Source: Eubacteriales bacterium (GTDB taxonomy: Bacteria > Bacillota > Clostridia > Oscillospirales > CAG-272). Taken from it: DNA of 46,541 bases. Location: assembly GCA_045536155.1 (NCBI GenBank), contig JAZSMZ010000050.1, positions 1-46,541 on the forward strand, read 5' to 3'. The translations under genes and the position numbers were made by a program. A model generated the notes under the pieces. The model made no database searches and was not told the DNA's origin. It saw only the letters and a list, made by a program, of their open reading frames with translations. This document shows, in pieces, positions 45,016 through 46,541 of this stretch (positions are counted from its first letter, which is position 1; every line of letters starts with the position of its first letter).

Positions 45016-45660
45016 TCAAAGCTTTATTCTTACCTCAACGGCAATACCGAGTATGCGCGCCTTGCCCGTTACAAAATCGCGCAGATGAAGAACGATAGGC
45101 TTATATGCGTCGTTTTCGGGGCAAAGACGAACGCTGTCGCCATCGATCTCAAAGCGTTTTAACGTGGTCGACTCCTCGTCGGTCATACAGACGACGATCT
45201 GTCCGCTTTCGGCGAAATTCTGACGGTGGATAAGCACGAGCGATCCGGGAACTATCCCTGCATTTATCATGCTGTCGCCGTGGACGTTGAGATAGTAAAA
45301 CTCTTCGGTGTCGGAAACGTCGGCCATCTCGTATCCTTCTATGATCTCATTTGTGATAACGGGTGCACCTGCATGGATCTCACCGATAACGGGAATTCCT
45401 GCCGTTGAATCGCAATCGAGAATGCGGGAGATATTGTCTGATTTTCTTATGCTGTCTTCCGGCTTTCCTTCCGCTTCATCGATGAAATAGCCGATCGGCA
45501 CCTTGAAATACTCCGCAATTTTGAGGAGCTTTTCAAGCTTCGGAATGCTTTTTCCTTTCTTCCAGTCGCTTAACGTGCTGGGAGCAATGGAGAGATCCTT
45601 TGCGACCTTATTTGCATTGGTGTGATGAAGATTTAAAAGCTGAACAAAACGTTCGTACAT
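45016..45660 (-). CDS. Phage-type repressor: XRE HTH + S24 (LexA/CI-like) peptidase domain
   Basis: N-terminal HTH (NKVAKDLSIAPSTLSDWKKGKSIP). C-terminal S24 domain with catalytic Ser (VHGDSM) and Lys (TTLKRF). RBS GGAGG. Confidence 0.88.
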   Translation of the reverse strand: MYERFVQLLNLHHTNANKVAKDLSIAPSTLSDWKKGKSIPKLEKLLKIAEYFKVPIGYFIDEAEGKPEDSIRKSDNISRILDCDSTAGIPVIGEIHAGAPVITNEIIEGYEMADVSDTEEFYYLNVHGDSMINAGIVPGSLVLIHRQNFAESGQIVVCMTDEESTTLKRFEIDGDSVRLCPENDAYKPIVLHLRDFVTGKARILGIAVEVRIKL

Positions 45661-45676
45661 AATCGCCTCCGTAAAA

Positions 45677-45765
45677 CCGAAATAAAATTCGGAAAACTAT
45701 TGACAAATTCGAGTAATCGTGATAGCATAGGATGAAATTGATCGTATAACCGAATTATAATTCAG
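45677..45765. promoter_or_regulatory. Divergent switch region with two operator-like palindromes
   Basis: CCGAAATAAAATTCGG (45677-45692) and CCGAATTATAATTCAG (45750-45765, which contains TATAAT on both strands). AAAACCGAA half-sites recur. Plus-strand TTGACA (45700-45705), 17-nt spacer, TAGCAT. Confidence 0.5.
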
Positions 45766-45840
45766 AAAACCGAAAAAAGTCAACAACAATCGACATTTGT
45801 TAAAAAAAATGTTACATATCAGCGAAAGGACGTATTGCGA

Positions 45841-46359
45841 ATGGGTCAAAACCGAGACATTGTTATTAAAATGCTTGAAGATTACAAATTCAACCAACTG
45901 CTTTATAAAAATATGAAGCTTGAAATAGATCGGCTGAAAAAGGAACTGAAGATATCGCCAAGAATGACGGGAGAGGTGTTCAAAATAAAGCTCGAGCTTG
46001 AAAACAAGATAATCAAAAGAAGATCAGAGCAGGAAAATATCATGCGATATAACGACAACATCGACAGAGCTATCGGAGCAGGGTACAAAAATTACAATCC
46101 GATGGAGCTTTTGCAAACGCGGATCGAGCAGCGCGAGATCGTCAAAAAGCAAATCAAAACTATCGAAAACGCGCTGACCGTGCTAAGCGATTTTCAGCTC
46201 GAGCTTGTAAAGCAGGGCATAATTTACCGAAAGGACGGCGAGAGCATCGACGAGATATCCGAGCGCTTGCGCGTCGAGCCGAACATATATTATTCGGAAA
46301 GGGACAAGGCCTTAAACAAGCTTGAAAGGGTACTTGTTGGCATAAATGATATCGCCTGA
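45841..46359 (+). CDS. ArpU-like / sigma-70 region-4-like phage late transcriptional regulator
   Basis: About 172 aa and coiled. C-terminal ESIDEISERLRVEPNIYYSERDKALNKL resembles a region-4 HTH as in ArpU-family proteins. ATG 45841 (TTG 45835 is the alternative), RBS AAAGGA. Confidence 0.5.
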   Translation: MGQNRDIVIKMLEDYKFNQLLYKNMKLEIDRLKKELKISPRMTGEVFKIKLELENKIIKRRSEQENIMRYNDNIDRAIGAGYKNYNPMELLQTRIEQREIVKKQIKTIENALTVLSDFQLELVKQGIIYRKDGESIDEISERLRVEPNIYYSERDKALNKLERVLVGINDIA

Positions 46360-46501
46360 AAGGCTATATCCGAGCAAAAACGGGTGAGGGCGCATGACTA
46401 AAAAAGGCGTTCTCACCCGTAAATTATGTCAAAAAATGTCAAAAACAAGGTCAAAACACCCCCAAAAGGGCTGCCAAAGTCCTCCATTTTCGCAAAAAAC
46501 C

Positions 46502-46530
46502 TTTACAAAACAAGCTTTTTATGCTAAAAT
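46502..46530 (+). promoter_or_regulatory. Promoter-like element at the window end
   Basis: TTTACA (46502-46507), 17-nt spacer, TAAAAT (46525-46530). Any downstream gene lies outside the window. Confidence 0.4.
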
Positions 46531-46541
46531 AACGGTATGAT

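Noticed and set aside
46381-46421. Terminator after the ArpU-like gene (ACGGGTGAG ... CTCACCCGT)
   Set aside because: The 9-bp stem encloses a 23-nt loop and is followed by AAATTATG rather than a T-run. This is too weak to call.
43471-46541. Complete prophage or integrative element
   Set aside because: Only four phage-type genes are visible. No integrase, portal, capsid, tail or lysis genes or att sites occur in the window, so I cannot call a mobile element, only a fragment or an edge.

Overview
Everything here is read by eye from the sequence and the ORF track; no search, HMM or folding program was run. The window looks like a chromosomal segment of a Clostridia-type Firmicute. Evidence: GGAGG-type ribosome binding sites, extended -10 promoters (TGATATAAT appears four times), a T-box leader, and sporulation-era housekeeping neighbours such as YmdB, DUF4830 and M23. 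The core is about 50% GC by eye and is interrupted by single-gene AT-rich islets.

Gene order, left to right:
- A 5'-truncated GH38 mannosidase-like gene, a YczE-like membrane protein and a SulP permease without a STAS domain.
- An AT-rich orphan gene next to a cluster of GC-rich hairpin repeats.
- A Phe-specific T-box leader driving a phenylacetate-CoA ligase (PaaK-like) plus ACT-domain operon.
- An AT-rich LRR-like orphan, a COG2509 FAD protein and a phosphodiesterase.
- A solitary tRNA-Pro(CGG) next to a mini-hairpin array and a duplicated terminator.
- folD, lgt and an M16 peptidase pair.
- A 2310-aa cyclic beta-1,2-glucan synthase homologue, preceded by a MoxR / DUF58 / DUF4129 module.
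- A divergent four-gene operon: DUF2079, a P-type ATPase and two tandem MutS-domain-V ATPases.
- DUF4830, YmdB, a lipoprotein and a degenerate M23 protein.
- An acidic, membrane-bound M50-like protein lacking HExxH, a PF12897-like aminotransferase and asnS.
- A phage fragment: TerL, a truncated TerS-like protein, an S24 repressor and a divergent ArpU-like regulator.

The best candidates for undescribed biology are:
1. The DUF2079 / P-type ATPase / double MutS-like operon.
2. The MoxR module coupled to the giant glucan synthase through a hairpin that sequesters its ribosome binding site.
3. The Phe T-box on the paaK-ACT operon.
4. The orphan but intact TerL.
5. The structured hairpin arrays.

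No CRISPR array, rRNA gene, transposase or integrase was seen.
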